A stretch of 64,000 nt of DNA from NCBI GenBank assembly GCA_951406725.2, contig OX597818.1:23436001-23500000 (forward strand), in the 5' to 3' direction. Positions within the stretch are counted from its first letter, which is position 1. Every line of letters begins with the position of its first letter. The position numbers and the translations under genes are program-made. Below are positions 51,721-64,000 of the stretch, piece by piece. Source of the DNA: Octopus vulgaris. Taxonomy: Eukaryota. The notes beneath the pieces were generated by a model that saw only the letters and a list, made by a program, of their open reading frames with translations, had not been told where the DNA came from and searched no databases.

Positions 51721-53199
51721 CCAGTCCTCCATGTCAACTAACTTTTTCTTAACTACAACTTTGAATTTAATGCTCTCCAACATTGTTGACTTTTCACCAG
51801 TTCATTAAGTTGTTCCTTAATGGAGACTTTAAAAAATCTTCAAAGTTAGCTCAAACACCCTGCACATAGAGTATGAGATCCAATTGAGCAAGGTAGTTCC
51901 ATAATACAATAAAGCAGGAATAGATCTGAATAAACTTGATATAAATTATATTCTCTAATTGACATAAGAGCCAACTCTGAAATTATTGAAAAACCTGGAT
52001 TATAAATCTCTAGAGGTCTGATAAGCTGCAAATGTTCTACACTCTAGATTAGGGTTAGGTGTCTTCATACTCTGCATGTATATGCCTAGATATATACACC
52101 TATCAGAAAGCAATGTCTAAATATCTAGAGATGTTGATCTGGGTTTATGAATTTCATCTGAAACTCCAAAAGTTATTGCAACAACTGCAAAGCCTCAGAA
52201 TTTCTGATGGCCTTTCTCAGCAACCCCCTTATACATAACATTGTTAAAACTGCATCCCAAAGACACTCTGTTCATGGTTAGTTGGTGATTCCATTTAAAG
52301 ATTAAGTCATACCTTCAATGGAATACTGCTGTCATATCTAGAACAGTATTAATGCTGAATTATTAAACATCTTTGGCTGCATTCAGTTAAGGGACATCTG
52401 AGTAATTGGTTAAAACTCACTCACCATTACGCTACAACTGCTGGCATGCAATGTACTGTCTCAACAACAACAGCCTCTGCTTCTCTAGCAAGGCTAGTTG
52501 TATACCACCTCCACACAACACATCTGCCTCTCCACCACAGTGGCTCACCCATTTTGTCCTTCATTCATTCATTTTCTTTCCTTCCTTCACAGAGCATCAT
52601 TTATCTGGAATTTCCTTCCCACCTACTATTTCCTTATAGACATCTAGTTATAGGCATTTAAGTTGAATATCAACTGTATCAGTCTCTCTAATCCCAGATG
52701 GTCTGTGAAGGTGATGGGCAATACTCCTCCTGAAGCTGTAAAAAAAAACATTAAAAGATATTTAAAGTGCTACAAAATTTTCTTTTCTTTAACAGCCACT
52801 GCTTTCTGGAAGTCTCTTACCATTAATGTAAATGAACATTACATAGAAAACTTTTTGAAAGAAAATAGCTTCAACTAAATGGGCTTTTATAGTATCATCC
52901 TATGTCTCTCAGTGTTTCATCACTATCTTTGAAGCACAAAATTCTGAAATTTTACCAATCTATTTCATCTCATATTTCCCTTAGTCTGTATTTAATGTAT
53001 GTATATATTTCTGCTCAGTGAAATAGGGAATGCTTTAAAGATAATGAAGATAGATAATACCTCAGGAAAAGATGATGTGACAATCAAACTGTTATGGAGT
53101 GGAGGGTAGCAGTTGTGACAAATCCTCATTCTATGTCACAATTGATAGTTGAATGAAGGAAAATATCTTTGTTGTGGAAGGAGTTGAATACTATTTTGC

Positions 53200-53570
53200 T
53201 TTATAAGAAGAATGATAGGGAATATCTGAGAAACTATTGCTTCATAGGCCTCTTGCCTCACTTCCACAAACTGTTTACAAAGTCATAGTTACCAAACTAT
53301 CAAAACATCTGTGATCAACAGTCAAACAAGCATGCAGAGTTTTAGATGAACTACAGCACAATAGACCACATATTCATTCTAACAGAGCTTTTAGAACGAG
53401 TGAAAGTTGCCTCCATATGTGAACTTTATTGATTATGTAAATGCTTTTGAAAGTATCAAGGTGAATACAGTACTGAAATCTCTGGAGATTCCAGGAGTTG
53501 AGGCACAATACATCAAACGTCTGAGTGAGGCAAACTTTGGATGTACCACTAACATAGTTCTGCTGGCATG
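53200..53570 (+). mobile_element. RTE-type RT fragment
   Basis: YSTIDHIFILTELLE...NFIDYVNAFES. Confidence 0.6.
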
Positions 53571-53754
53571 ACTTTAAGAAACAGGTACAGGCATGACTGT
53601 GTGGTTAAGAAACTTGCTTTGCAACCACAGGCTGTTGGGTTGACTCTCACTGCATGGCACCTTGAGCAAGTGGCTTCTGTTATAGCTGTGGCCCAACTAA
53701 TGCTTTATGAATGAATTTGGTAGATGGCAACTGTCTGGAAGTCTGTTTTTGTTT

Positions 53755-53797
<43 letters not shown>

Positions 53798-54617
53798 ATG
53801 TACATACATGTATATATGTATGTATGTATATATAATAATGATAGGGAATATTATTCCAAACTTACAGGGAAAAATTCAATTTAGTAATACTAAATCAAAT
53901 TTCACAATATATAATATATGTATATAAATTAGAGAAGAACCACCTTTATCAATTCAACAATGAAATAACAGTGATATAATTAAATTATACCATATGGAAA
54001 AAAAAATTAAATACACGATAAAACATATACCAATAATTGAGTAAAGTACAAGATAATAATAAATAAAAAGTATATAATTGGTAAATTATACCAATTATTC
54101 ATTCTAACAGAGCTTTAAGAACGAGTGAAAGCTGCCTCCATATGTAAAGTTTATTGATTATGTAAATGCTTTTGAAAGTATCAAGGTGAATGCAGTACTG
54201 AAATCTCTGGAGATTCCAGGAGTTGAAGCACAATAAATCAAACTTCTGTGTGAGGCAAACTTTGGATGTACCACTAACATAGTTCTGCTGGCATGACTTT
54301 AAGAAACAGGTACAGGCATGGCTATGTGGTTAAGAAACTTGCTTTGCAACCACAGGCTGTTGGGTTGACTCTCACTGCATGGCACCTTGAGCAAGTGTCT
54401 TCTGTTATAGCTGTGGCCCAACTAATGCTTTATGAATGAATATTGGTAAATTATACTAATTATTAACTTTTTATTTATTATTATTTTGTACTTTACTTAA
54501 TTATTGGTATATGTTTTATCGTATATTTAATTTTTTTTCTATATGGTATAATTTAATTATATCATTGTTATTTCAGTGTTTAATTGATAAAAGGTGGCTC
54601 TTCTCGAATTTATATAC
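53371..54617. repeat. 346-bp direct duplication (53371-53716 and 54096-54441); the second copy lies in the apex of an inverted repeat (53920-54076 / 54462-54617)
   Basis: Direct comparison of the sequences. Confidence 0.9.
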
Positions 54618-54679
<62 letters not shown>

Positions 54680-54684
54680 TATTA

Positions 54685-54996
54685 TTCTTTAACTTGTTTC
54701 AGTCATTTGACTGTGGCCATACTGGAGCACCACCTTTAGTCGAACAAATCGACCCCAGAACTTATTCTTTGTAAGCCTAGTACTTATTCTATCGGTCTCT
54801 TTTGGGATGTAAATACACCAACATTGGTTGTCAAGCAATGGTGGGGGACAAACGCACACACACATACACAATGGGCTTCTTTCAGTTTCCATCTACCAAA
54901 TCCACTCACAAGGCTTTGGTTAACCTGAGGCTATAGTAGAAGACACTTGCCCAAGATGTCATGTGATGGGACTGAACCTGGAACCATGTGGTTGGG
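54685..54996 (-). mobile_element. tRNA-derived SINE
   Basis: Reverse complement of the 8943-9335 family. Confidence 0.8.
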
Positions 54997-56837
54997 ATGT
55001 GTGTATATATTCCACCCCATGCTGCCTGACAACTGGTGTTGGTTTGGTTATGTCCCCATGACTTAGGGCTTTGACAAAAGAGACTGATAGAAATAGAATA
55101 AGTACCAAACTTAGAAAAATTAGCTCTGATGTCAATTTGTTTGACTGATTCTTTCTAGACATTGTCCTGGCTAGGTTTCAATCCAATGACTTGAAGCAAA
55201 TAAGAGATAAAAGAAGCTTCTAAACGGTCACACTGCCTACTAGACATAGTCAAATTACACTCTACTATCTTGAAAAGTAATACTGTTCCAGATACACTAT
55301 GTCAGAACAAAAAAGGTGAAACTCTCTCTGCTGGAATGCTTCTTATCATAAATTTAAAAACGAGGACAAACATGAATACTGGTGGGACTAAAACAGCAGC
55401 AGCAACATTGATCAGTGAACTTAAATGAATGAATATTCAAGAATATCTTAAGAAATTTGAATACGAAACCATTTTTTTAATAGAAAAAATTAAATACAAA
55501 AGCCACATTGCAAAATTACCCATAAAGATATTTACTTCTAATAGTCTCTGATTGGAAGGTGACAACTCTGGAGTTATTGAGAAGGTTAATTAGGTTGCAG
55601 ACAAAAGATACATGATGACAGTTTAATTACAACTCAAGTGAGATATTTGGGGTCTGATTTCCTCTTGGCTCTTCTTAAATCATCTGTATGTTTTCATTTT
55701 AATGTATCTGTCTGTATATATGTGTGTTATCATCATCATTTTTTATGTCTACTTTTCCGTGCTCGCATGGACTAGAAGAATTTGTTGAGGCATATTTTCT
55801 TGCAAGTTGATGCCCTTCCTACTGCCAACTCTCACCTGTTTCCAAGTCAGGTAATATTCCCCTTAACCAAATATGTTTTCGTGGAAGATTGGACAGTTAC
55901 ATTCATTTACAGTTATTACATGAAGTCAAGACAAGGAGATAGTAACACACACACACATGCACACACACAGTTTTTGTCTACCAAATATACTCACAAAGCT
56001 TTGATTGACCCAGGGCTATAGTAGAAGACACTTGCCCAAGGTGATATGCAGCAGGACTGAACCAGAGCCCATGTGGTTATATGCATATATAAATAACTGA
56101 CTAAAGTCTTGAAAAGCAGTGCCTCAGCAAGGCTGCTGTCCAGTGATTGATTTCAAAGAGAGAATAAGGAAACTACATTTGAACGTGTGTGTATGTTTGC
56201 CCATAAATGCATAACAGATTACTAATGACTGTGTATTTTAATATAATTTCCTTGTGGTATATATCAATGTCAACTGAACATGACACACAGATATTTCTCT
56301 TATCTCTCTCTTTAGTTATGCTTTACTTGACACTAACCCTCATAAAACCAACTGATCAATCTACTGAGGGAGAAGTCACATATTTTCAAATTGCTGTTGC
56401 TATTTACAGAAAACTTAGAAGTTTCCAGCAGGTGATTATATGATAATCACTTTAGAATATACCAACACGATTGTTGTAGCTTCAGTCTTGCATAACCAAT
56501 AAATGATTATGTAGTTACAATCATAGACATGGTTATAGCTGTAACCATGCAATGACATAGAAGGTTATTAAATAAAAGATACACTTAACTGCGTCTACTA
56601 ACTGATTGGTTGACAGTTATCTCAATATTGACAGGTTATTTGTTTGGGAAGATGACATTTATTTTAATCTTACTACCATGGAGCTTGAGTTTGATCAGAA
56701 AACTGCTGCTATTGCTATCGTTATTTCAAATGTAAAGATTGGTACTAAATTATTGCAATTGCTGTTAGGATGTTAATCCCCCAGATATATCAAACATTCA
56801 CTAGTATTTATTATTAATATTAAGGTTATGGCAAAGA

Positions 56838-57477
56838 CAGCAAGCTGGTAGAATTGTTTTCACACAGGGCAAAATGCTGAGCAGTATTTTATCTGTTTTT
56901 ATGTTCTGAGTTCAAATTCTGCTGAGGTTGACATTACTTATCCTTTCAAGGTCAATAAAATAAGTACCAGTTGAGCACTGGGGTCATTGTAATTGTTTTA
57001 TGCCCTTCCCCAAAGTTGCTTGCCTTGTGCCAAAATTTGAAGTCTAGTGAGCTGGCAGAATTGTTAAATATGTTGGACAAAACACTTAGCAGTATTTTTT
57101 AGGCTTTATGTTCCAAGTTCAAATACCACTGAGGTCGACTTTGCCTTTCATCCTTTCGGGATCGATAAAATAAGTAATGGGGTTGTTGTAATCAACTGGC
57201 CCTCTTCCCAGAAGACTTCAGGCCTTGTGCCTATAGTAGAGAAGAATTATTAATACTAAGGTGATGAGCTAGCAGATTCATTAGCGCATCAGACAAAATG
57301 CTTAGCAGCAGTTCTTTCCACTCTTTACTCTCTGAGTTCAATTCCCACCAATGTCTACTTCACCTTCCATCCTTTCAAGGTCGATGAAATAAAGTACCAG
57401 TCAAGTACTAGGGCTGATGTAATTGACTTCCCTCTCCCCTCAAAAGTTGCTGGCCTTGTGTCAAAACTAGAAAGAAT
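56838..57477 (+). mobile_element. Three head-to-tail copies of the second SINE family
   Basis: Units start near 56838, 57047 and 57259, each with (G)AGCTGGCAGAA...GAGTTCAAAT...CCTTTCATCCTTTC...CCTTGTG. Confidence 0.8.
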
Positions 57478-57610
57478 TATTTTTATGAAGAGTTCATAGC
57501 CTGGTTTAAATTATCAGTTGAAACTCTCTGGGAAAGACAAAAACTTTACTATTTCCTTTTCTGCTCATCTAAAAAGTGCAATTTTTAAAAAAATAAACTT
57601 TGCTTTATGA

Positions 57611-57827
57611 TTAACCCATTTAGCATCTAAACTGACCATATCAGGCCAAAATGTTAAAACTGACAAGATTCAGTGTCTCACACTTACCCTATAGTGTCAT
57701 TCTGAAAGTAAACAATCCCATCATTAAGATCTCAAAGCCATGAGATAGATAATGCATGATTAATTCAAAACAATGCAAATAAATATGCATTACGTTCAGC
57801 AAAGTAATCTGAATGCTAAAGGGTTAA
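57611..57827. mobile_element. piggyBac-type MITE, family B
   Basis: TTAA-CCCATTTAGCAT...ATGCTAAAGGG-TTAA. Confidence 0.7.
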
Positions 57828-58598
57828 AATTACCATTTGAATTGCTCCAAATTAATATATTCATAAGCTTAAGTCAGTATGCCCTCCCAAGCTGCAGATA
57901 TAGATCCTTCAACCAACTAGGAATAGCAGTCAAATCTTCCTCAAATCAGACCTTCTTACCATCTTAAAATTGGGAAATAACATATTGGATAGTGTTGTCC
58001 TAAATATATATCTAAAATAAAAAGTGGAATAGTCATGACTGGAATGCCTATGATCATGAGTCTCCATGATCAGTGCTGATTAAAGATTAAGCGATCTCTC
58101 ACTCTTTAAACTGTTATCTAGTAGTTTTTAAATAAACAAATAAAATAGATATATTTTAGTTGTTGAATAAGTTATAAAGAATTCAGTGTTGAAAACTGTT
58201 TATTTTATAGTGGGATGTTTGTCTTTTCTGACTATTTGTGATAACCATATGAGTAAGAGGTTAGTTATGAAGGGTTCAAGGAAGGTGAAAGTAGGTATTG
58301 TAATGTTGTTCATACTTTTCTCAAGGATATTGGTTGCTGTTATCTAATCCTAGATCTGTCCTAATTGAGTAGATCAATAATCAAAACCATGATCATCCCA
58401 TCTTATATTTGGAATATTATTTATGTAGGACTGCATCAACCAATGTGTCTCTCATTTTTATGATGGGAAGGGATTTTTGACTGCTGTTTCTAGCAGGTTT
58501 TCCTTGTTGGCTTACAAGAACATTAACACTGATGAAAAACACTCTAACTAGAAATCAAAACTAATTCAGAATTGGCTTGCTTCCCTTACTCCCCCCCC

Positions 58599-58636
<38 letters not shown>

Positions 58637-59595
58637 CTATCTATCAATATATATATATATATATATATATATTTGCAAACAATTAGCTTCAATCTTTTGT
58701 GTACTTTCCTAATAGTTATTTCTCTTTTATTAATCTGCATTCAACCACAAAGTTTCAACCTCACATCATATGCATATTTTCTTTCTATTAAGTGATAAAC
58801 AGTTGTATCTGGCTTCTGCATTCTAGCAATCATAGAATAATTTGAACTCAACGCAGACATCATATTCCAGTACCTGAATTATCTCTCTACAATAGTACTG
58901 GAATTAAGTTGCTAAATAGATGATTGTCTTTATTGGAACTTGGTATGGAGGTAACAGCAGTGCTGTCTTAAGGCATGGGTACACTAGGTAGTTAGCCAAT
59001 CACCCTATGGAACTAGGGACCCAATACTAATCTATGTATATTATGGCATACTTGTAGGTTGTGTATGTAGTGGCCCTAGTACTAGCTTTGTGCAGAGGCC
59101 TATAATTTTGCTAAAACAGTTCTGAGTGAGATCAGTATGGTGCCTCACAATTTCCTGTTCTAATTCCACAGGGCTCAATTTCATCTATCATCTTTCTGTC
59201 TATAACATGAGTGCCAATTTTAGCAATGGGATACAGTGTCTCTCTCTCACACACATACACTCTATTTAGTTAGTGGTTAACTACTAAAAATGGCCACCTA
59301 GTTAATTTCTAGTTATTTACCAATTATTCTATTTATTTTAACTCATAAACCATTCCTTGAACAACAGAGAGGACTCTGTTAGGTTTTGTTACAGCTAGTA
59401 TTTCTGCATATATAGTAAATAAGTGCTTTGTTATTAACCACAGACAATGGTTGTCAGTGCAGCAGTAGTTATAGAAAACAAGCAGTTTAGTATTTATTAA
59501 AAATCTTATCTAGTTTTTTAACCATTCATTTGGAGATTCTGTTATTAATATTAATTTAAATGTCTCGAATTTTAACACACATCTACTCAACTTCC

Positions 59596-59914
<319 letters not shown>

Positions 59915-60624
59915 ATATATATGTACATACACATACTCACGAACACACACTTATCACACTTCATGTCAACTCCACACTGCTTACAAACCTTACACTTATA
60001 AACACTTATCTGTGCACCCTTGTCACACATGCACAACACACACACACACACACACACACATTTCCTTACAAACCCTGTATCCATATTTATGCACATTTGC
60101 ACATGCGTAGTTGTTGTTAAGTAGCCTTGCTCATGTAAACTTGAAAATAGCTTGTTGAACATGTGAATGAGCAACATCGTCATAAAGTAGAAAGAGATAT
60201 TCAGCTGTTATCAGATAAGGCCAAAGTAAATCTAATGGGTAGACAGGAGAGAGTCAGCAGACTTCAGTAATAAGTACTTATTTAATGGTAGATGCCATGA
60301 TAATTTCTCACATTGGCACAAGGCCACAAATTTGTAGCAAGGGTTTAAGTTTACTTAAGTAATTAACTAGTACATTATTTTACTGACCTTCTGCCTCCAA
60401 AAGGATGAAAAACAAAGTTGACCATGGTAAAATTCAAACTTGGGATGTAAAGAGCATTTTGTGTGTTGCTCCACCAATTCTGCTAATCTGCTCTTCTGGC
60501 AATTTCTTACATGGCCAACAATTTGTAGAGAAATTTGTATTGTTGATTTAAAATGGGGTTGGGGTAGGAAAGGGGATGAGGTAGGGTGGTGTGTGCATGT
60601 AAAGGAAGATATTTGGGTAAAGTG

Positions 60625-61174
60625 ATAGGCATAGATGGATCAGCCTGGTGTGGTTTTGATCAGGTGTCAGACGTGGCACCCACTGAATATGCAGCATATT
60701 TTCAAGTTTCTCATGGGATATGCTAATAGCGTTGGCTATATTATCTATAGTCAATCGCCTGTCATCCATTACCATCTGGTGATAATGATCAATGTTTTCC
60801 TTGGTGGTGGCAGTTGCAAGACATCAAAACCTTGGGTCATCTTCAAGACTCTCCCTTCCCCTACTAAATTAAGTAGCCCACTTTTGCACTGTTGATAAAG
60901 CTGGAGCATCATTTCCTTACATAGCAACTATGTCAGCATGAATGTCCTTGGAGGAGCTAAAATCTTCTTCCATGGTGCCAAATTTTCCATTTTTAAAAGA
61001 AGTCACTTCTAGTTACTTTTGAAGTGTTTTTTTGAACAGTCAGATGCCGGTTTACCTGGAAAGAAACAATACAGTTATTAAATAAGAATAGTTGAAATTA
61101 ATGCATGCAAGATTCCACAGCTCTAGCATCACTCTTTCATTGTCAGCCTATGAACTTTCCAGCCTACTCTCATA
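60625..61174 (-). mobile_element. Mariner 5' remnant
   Basis: MVMDDRRLTIDNIANAISIS...QWVPRLTPDQ; TIR-like end at about 61145-61174. Confidence 0.75.
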
Positions 61175-63299
61175 ATCAAGCTAGTGAATGAAAGACAAAA
61201 TCAACCCCTGAAAAAGTTGAACTCAGAACATACAGGTATTAAATACTATATTTCATCACAGATGATCATTTCTGCCACCTCATGATAATGAGTATAGTCA
61301 TGGGTATTTGGTTAAGAGGTTCACTAGCATCTACATGCTTTTTGGGTTCAGTCTCACTGTACACCGGCTTTGGACAAGTGTCTTCTACTATAGCCCTTGG
61401 CTGACCAATCCTTTTTTGTGAGTAGATTTGATAGACAGATACTATGTGGACGCCATTTTGTGTGTGTGTTTACCCATCACCGCCACCATAACCACAACCA
61501 GTTGACAACTTGACAGCTGGTTTACACACCCATAAGGTAGTGGTTCTGCAAAACAGACTGGTAGAATAGGTACCAAGTTTAAAAATTAAGTACTGGGATC
61601 ATTTTGTTCAATTAAACACTTTAAGACAGTGTCCTAGCTTGGCCACAGTCTAATGACTGAAACAAGGAAAAGATAAAAGATGATATATAAGACGTCAGTG
61701 AGTAAAACATTTATGGTGATTGCGGAACAAGATCACTGCCTCCAGTACCTCCTCCCCTCTCAAAGGATCTTTGCCTTGCAGGTTACTTGGTGACAATGTC
61801 AGTACTTATGCTATGTAAAAAGCATCCAGTAAAGTGGTTGGCATTTGAAAGAGCATCCAGCTGTAAATACCATGCCCAAACTGACCTCACCTGTGCTGGT
61901 GGCACATAAAAAGCATTCTGTCTACTCTGCAGAGTGGTTGGTGTTAGGAAGGGTATCTAACCATAAAAATCATGCCAAAACAGACACAGAAGTCTGGTAC
62001 AGTCTTCTGACGATGATGTGGGGAGAAGAGATTATTTTTCAACTACAACTAAATATTTTTTCATGGCTCAGCATGCAAGATACATTTGATCTTGTGGATG
62101 TTGAGGTGCAGGGGTGGAGTGGAGGATAAAATAAATCTCTCATGTACTGCCAGATATGATGTAACCCAAATTAAAATAAGATCATTGGAGTAAAAGTAGA
62201 TCATCGAATTAATAATATAGGCAAAATAGGTCACAGATGTTATAAGGTAAATGAAGTAGGTTGGTAATGCTGTGAAATCTGTTAACAAATGCCTTCACGT
62301 TTTAAAATTCTCATGACAAAGGTAAAATTTCACCCACATTCATATTTGAAACTGTTCACAAAGTGTTGAAAAACCCATACAGAGGGCTGTGGTGGAAAAT
62401 ATAGTTTAAACCTTAAAATGAACCGACACACTCATACATACACATATTTATATAAGTTGCATAGCTATGAATTTGTTAAATTAAAGAGTCATATTTCTTC
62501 TCAGCACAGATGCTTCTCCATAGATTCTTATGCACCTTCAAATAGATTCTCTGGTATTGCTTTATAAGGAGAAGCTAACATGTAATATTCTAAGACTTGA
62601 AATTTTGCAAGTTGTTCTACATTCATATATATACTGTTACTATGAAGTAAAAAAAAAAAAAAAGATTTAATAAAAAAATATTTGGTTCTGAGATGACTTA
62701 CCACTGGAAACACTCAGCCTTCTAGAAATAGCAGCCATCAGATATATGTGTGTGTATGTGTGTGTGTGATGGACTCTCCTGTCAAAGACGACGTATGAAC
62801 ATTACACACACACACACACACAAAGATTGCTTGGTCACTGGTAGAATGCCTTTGATTATAGGGGTCTATTTAATTAGGGCTGACCTGGGCTTAATGAAAA
62901 TAGAACCTTGAATTGACTTTTTAGCTTTTACTTGAATGCTTGAAATTGGTTTACTATTAACATTTTTGATGGCATCAATAAATTTTGTGTCTTTTTTCAA
63001 GCTATTTTCATCTTATGGATTGATTCCTTTGAGATATAAATAAGATGTTAAACTGTTGTAACACCCAAATGAATATACACTCTAGTTCAGCTAGCTTTTT
63101 ATACTTATTATATGACTCATTACACTTTGCTCGTTATCTTCATAAGGAGAAAACCTAATGACATCAATGATATGCTCATATAGAAACTTGTTTTTTAAAG
63201 TTTGTTCTTTTTTTTATAGATCTGACTAAATTTGGTCAGATAGTCTGGCATTCCCGAATCATACAAGTAACAAGACACATCCCAGTTTCTGATTAGTGT

Positions 63300-63745
63300 T
63301 GTTGGTTGTATACTAAATCCAACCAATGGTAACTCATAATACTGCTAGGTGTCCTGGTACCAATGGAGTTCAGATGGCTCCTAGTGGCTCTGGGCAGTGT
63401 CCAAGCCTCATAACTACGGAGTAGGGCAGGGAGAACCAGAGACCTTAAGGCCCAAACCATTGTAATTCTGCAGAAATATTGGCAGTGCCAAATACCCTTT
63501 GTCGAATGTGTCTACAACTGCACTAGCTCACCAGCTTGTCCAAATCTTTTTAGGACTTCAGACTCACAGATAATACCACTATGGATCTCACTGCCAAGAT
63601 AAGTGAGGCTGTCAACAACTTTGGCATTCTCATACACAATGGAGACAAACAAGGTAGAGTCCTTCAAGAAGCCAACAAAGGACTGGATCTTTGTCTTGAC
63701 CCAAGAGACTCTAAAACCAAGGGATTCCACTTCCTCACTCAGTGA
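63300..63745 (-). mobile_element. RTE LINE fragment (C-terminal to RT)
   Basis: SEEVESLGFRVSWVKTKIQ...VVDSLTYLGSEIH. Confidence 0.75.
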
Positions 63746-64000
63746 AAAGAGAACTCAGACTGTTAGGCCATGTTGCTGAATTTCATGAGTTAGACCCTGC
63801 TTACCATGTTCTCTTCACTAAGGATCCGGCTGGGTTGATGGCTCATGTTAGTTGACCACATGCCATATGGTCTTGGCAGATGAGGACATGGGGACTGACT
63901 GAGATTCTACTCAACAGGTCACCCAGGAGAACCCAGGAATATACTGAGATGATGAATGCAGCAATGTACTGCAACAGTACATGCCTCCCCCCCCTCACCT

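Overview
AT-rich, repeat-dense eukaryotic genomic DNA. The SINE/RTE repertoire and microsatellite load look like an Octopus genome (inference from recalled repeat families, not a database search). Two host genes are transcribed divergently. On the minus strand is a mitochondrial PP2C phosphatase, PPM1K-like: coding exons 11342-10811 and 7721-7408 join in frame, candidate 5'UTR exons/promoter lie at about 14.3-15.9 kb, and the 3' exon(s) are not in the window. On the plus strand is the first coding exon (41748-42071) of a secreted or type-I receptor with a signal peptide and furin site, most likely SORL1/Vps10p family, followed by more than 21 kb of intron. The rest is mobile DNA: a full-length inactivated mariner, fold-back Tc1/mariner MITEs, piggyBac- and Merlin-type MITEs, RTE/CR1/Jockey-like/CRE LINE remnants, Gypsy remnants, solo LTRs and many tRNA-derived SINEs. 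Most notable: (1) palindromic inserts in (TA)n tracts carrying hammerhead-ribozyme folds (Penelope-like), one with a canonical core at 36131-36205; (2) a compact five-hairpin CpG-rich island in a PPM1K intron with hammerhead topology but a non-canonical core; (3) a palindrome whose apex has captured a 346-bp copy of nearby DNA with microhomology at both junctions. No CRISPR, rRNA or convincing tRNA genes. All alignments and folds were read by eye.
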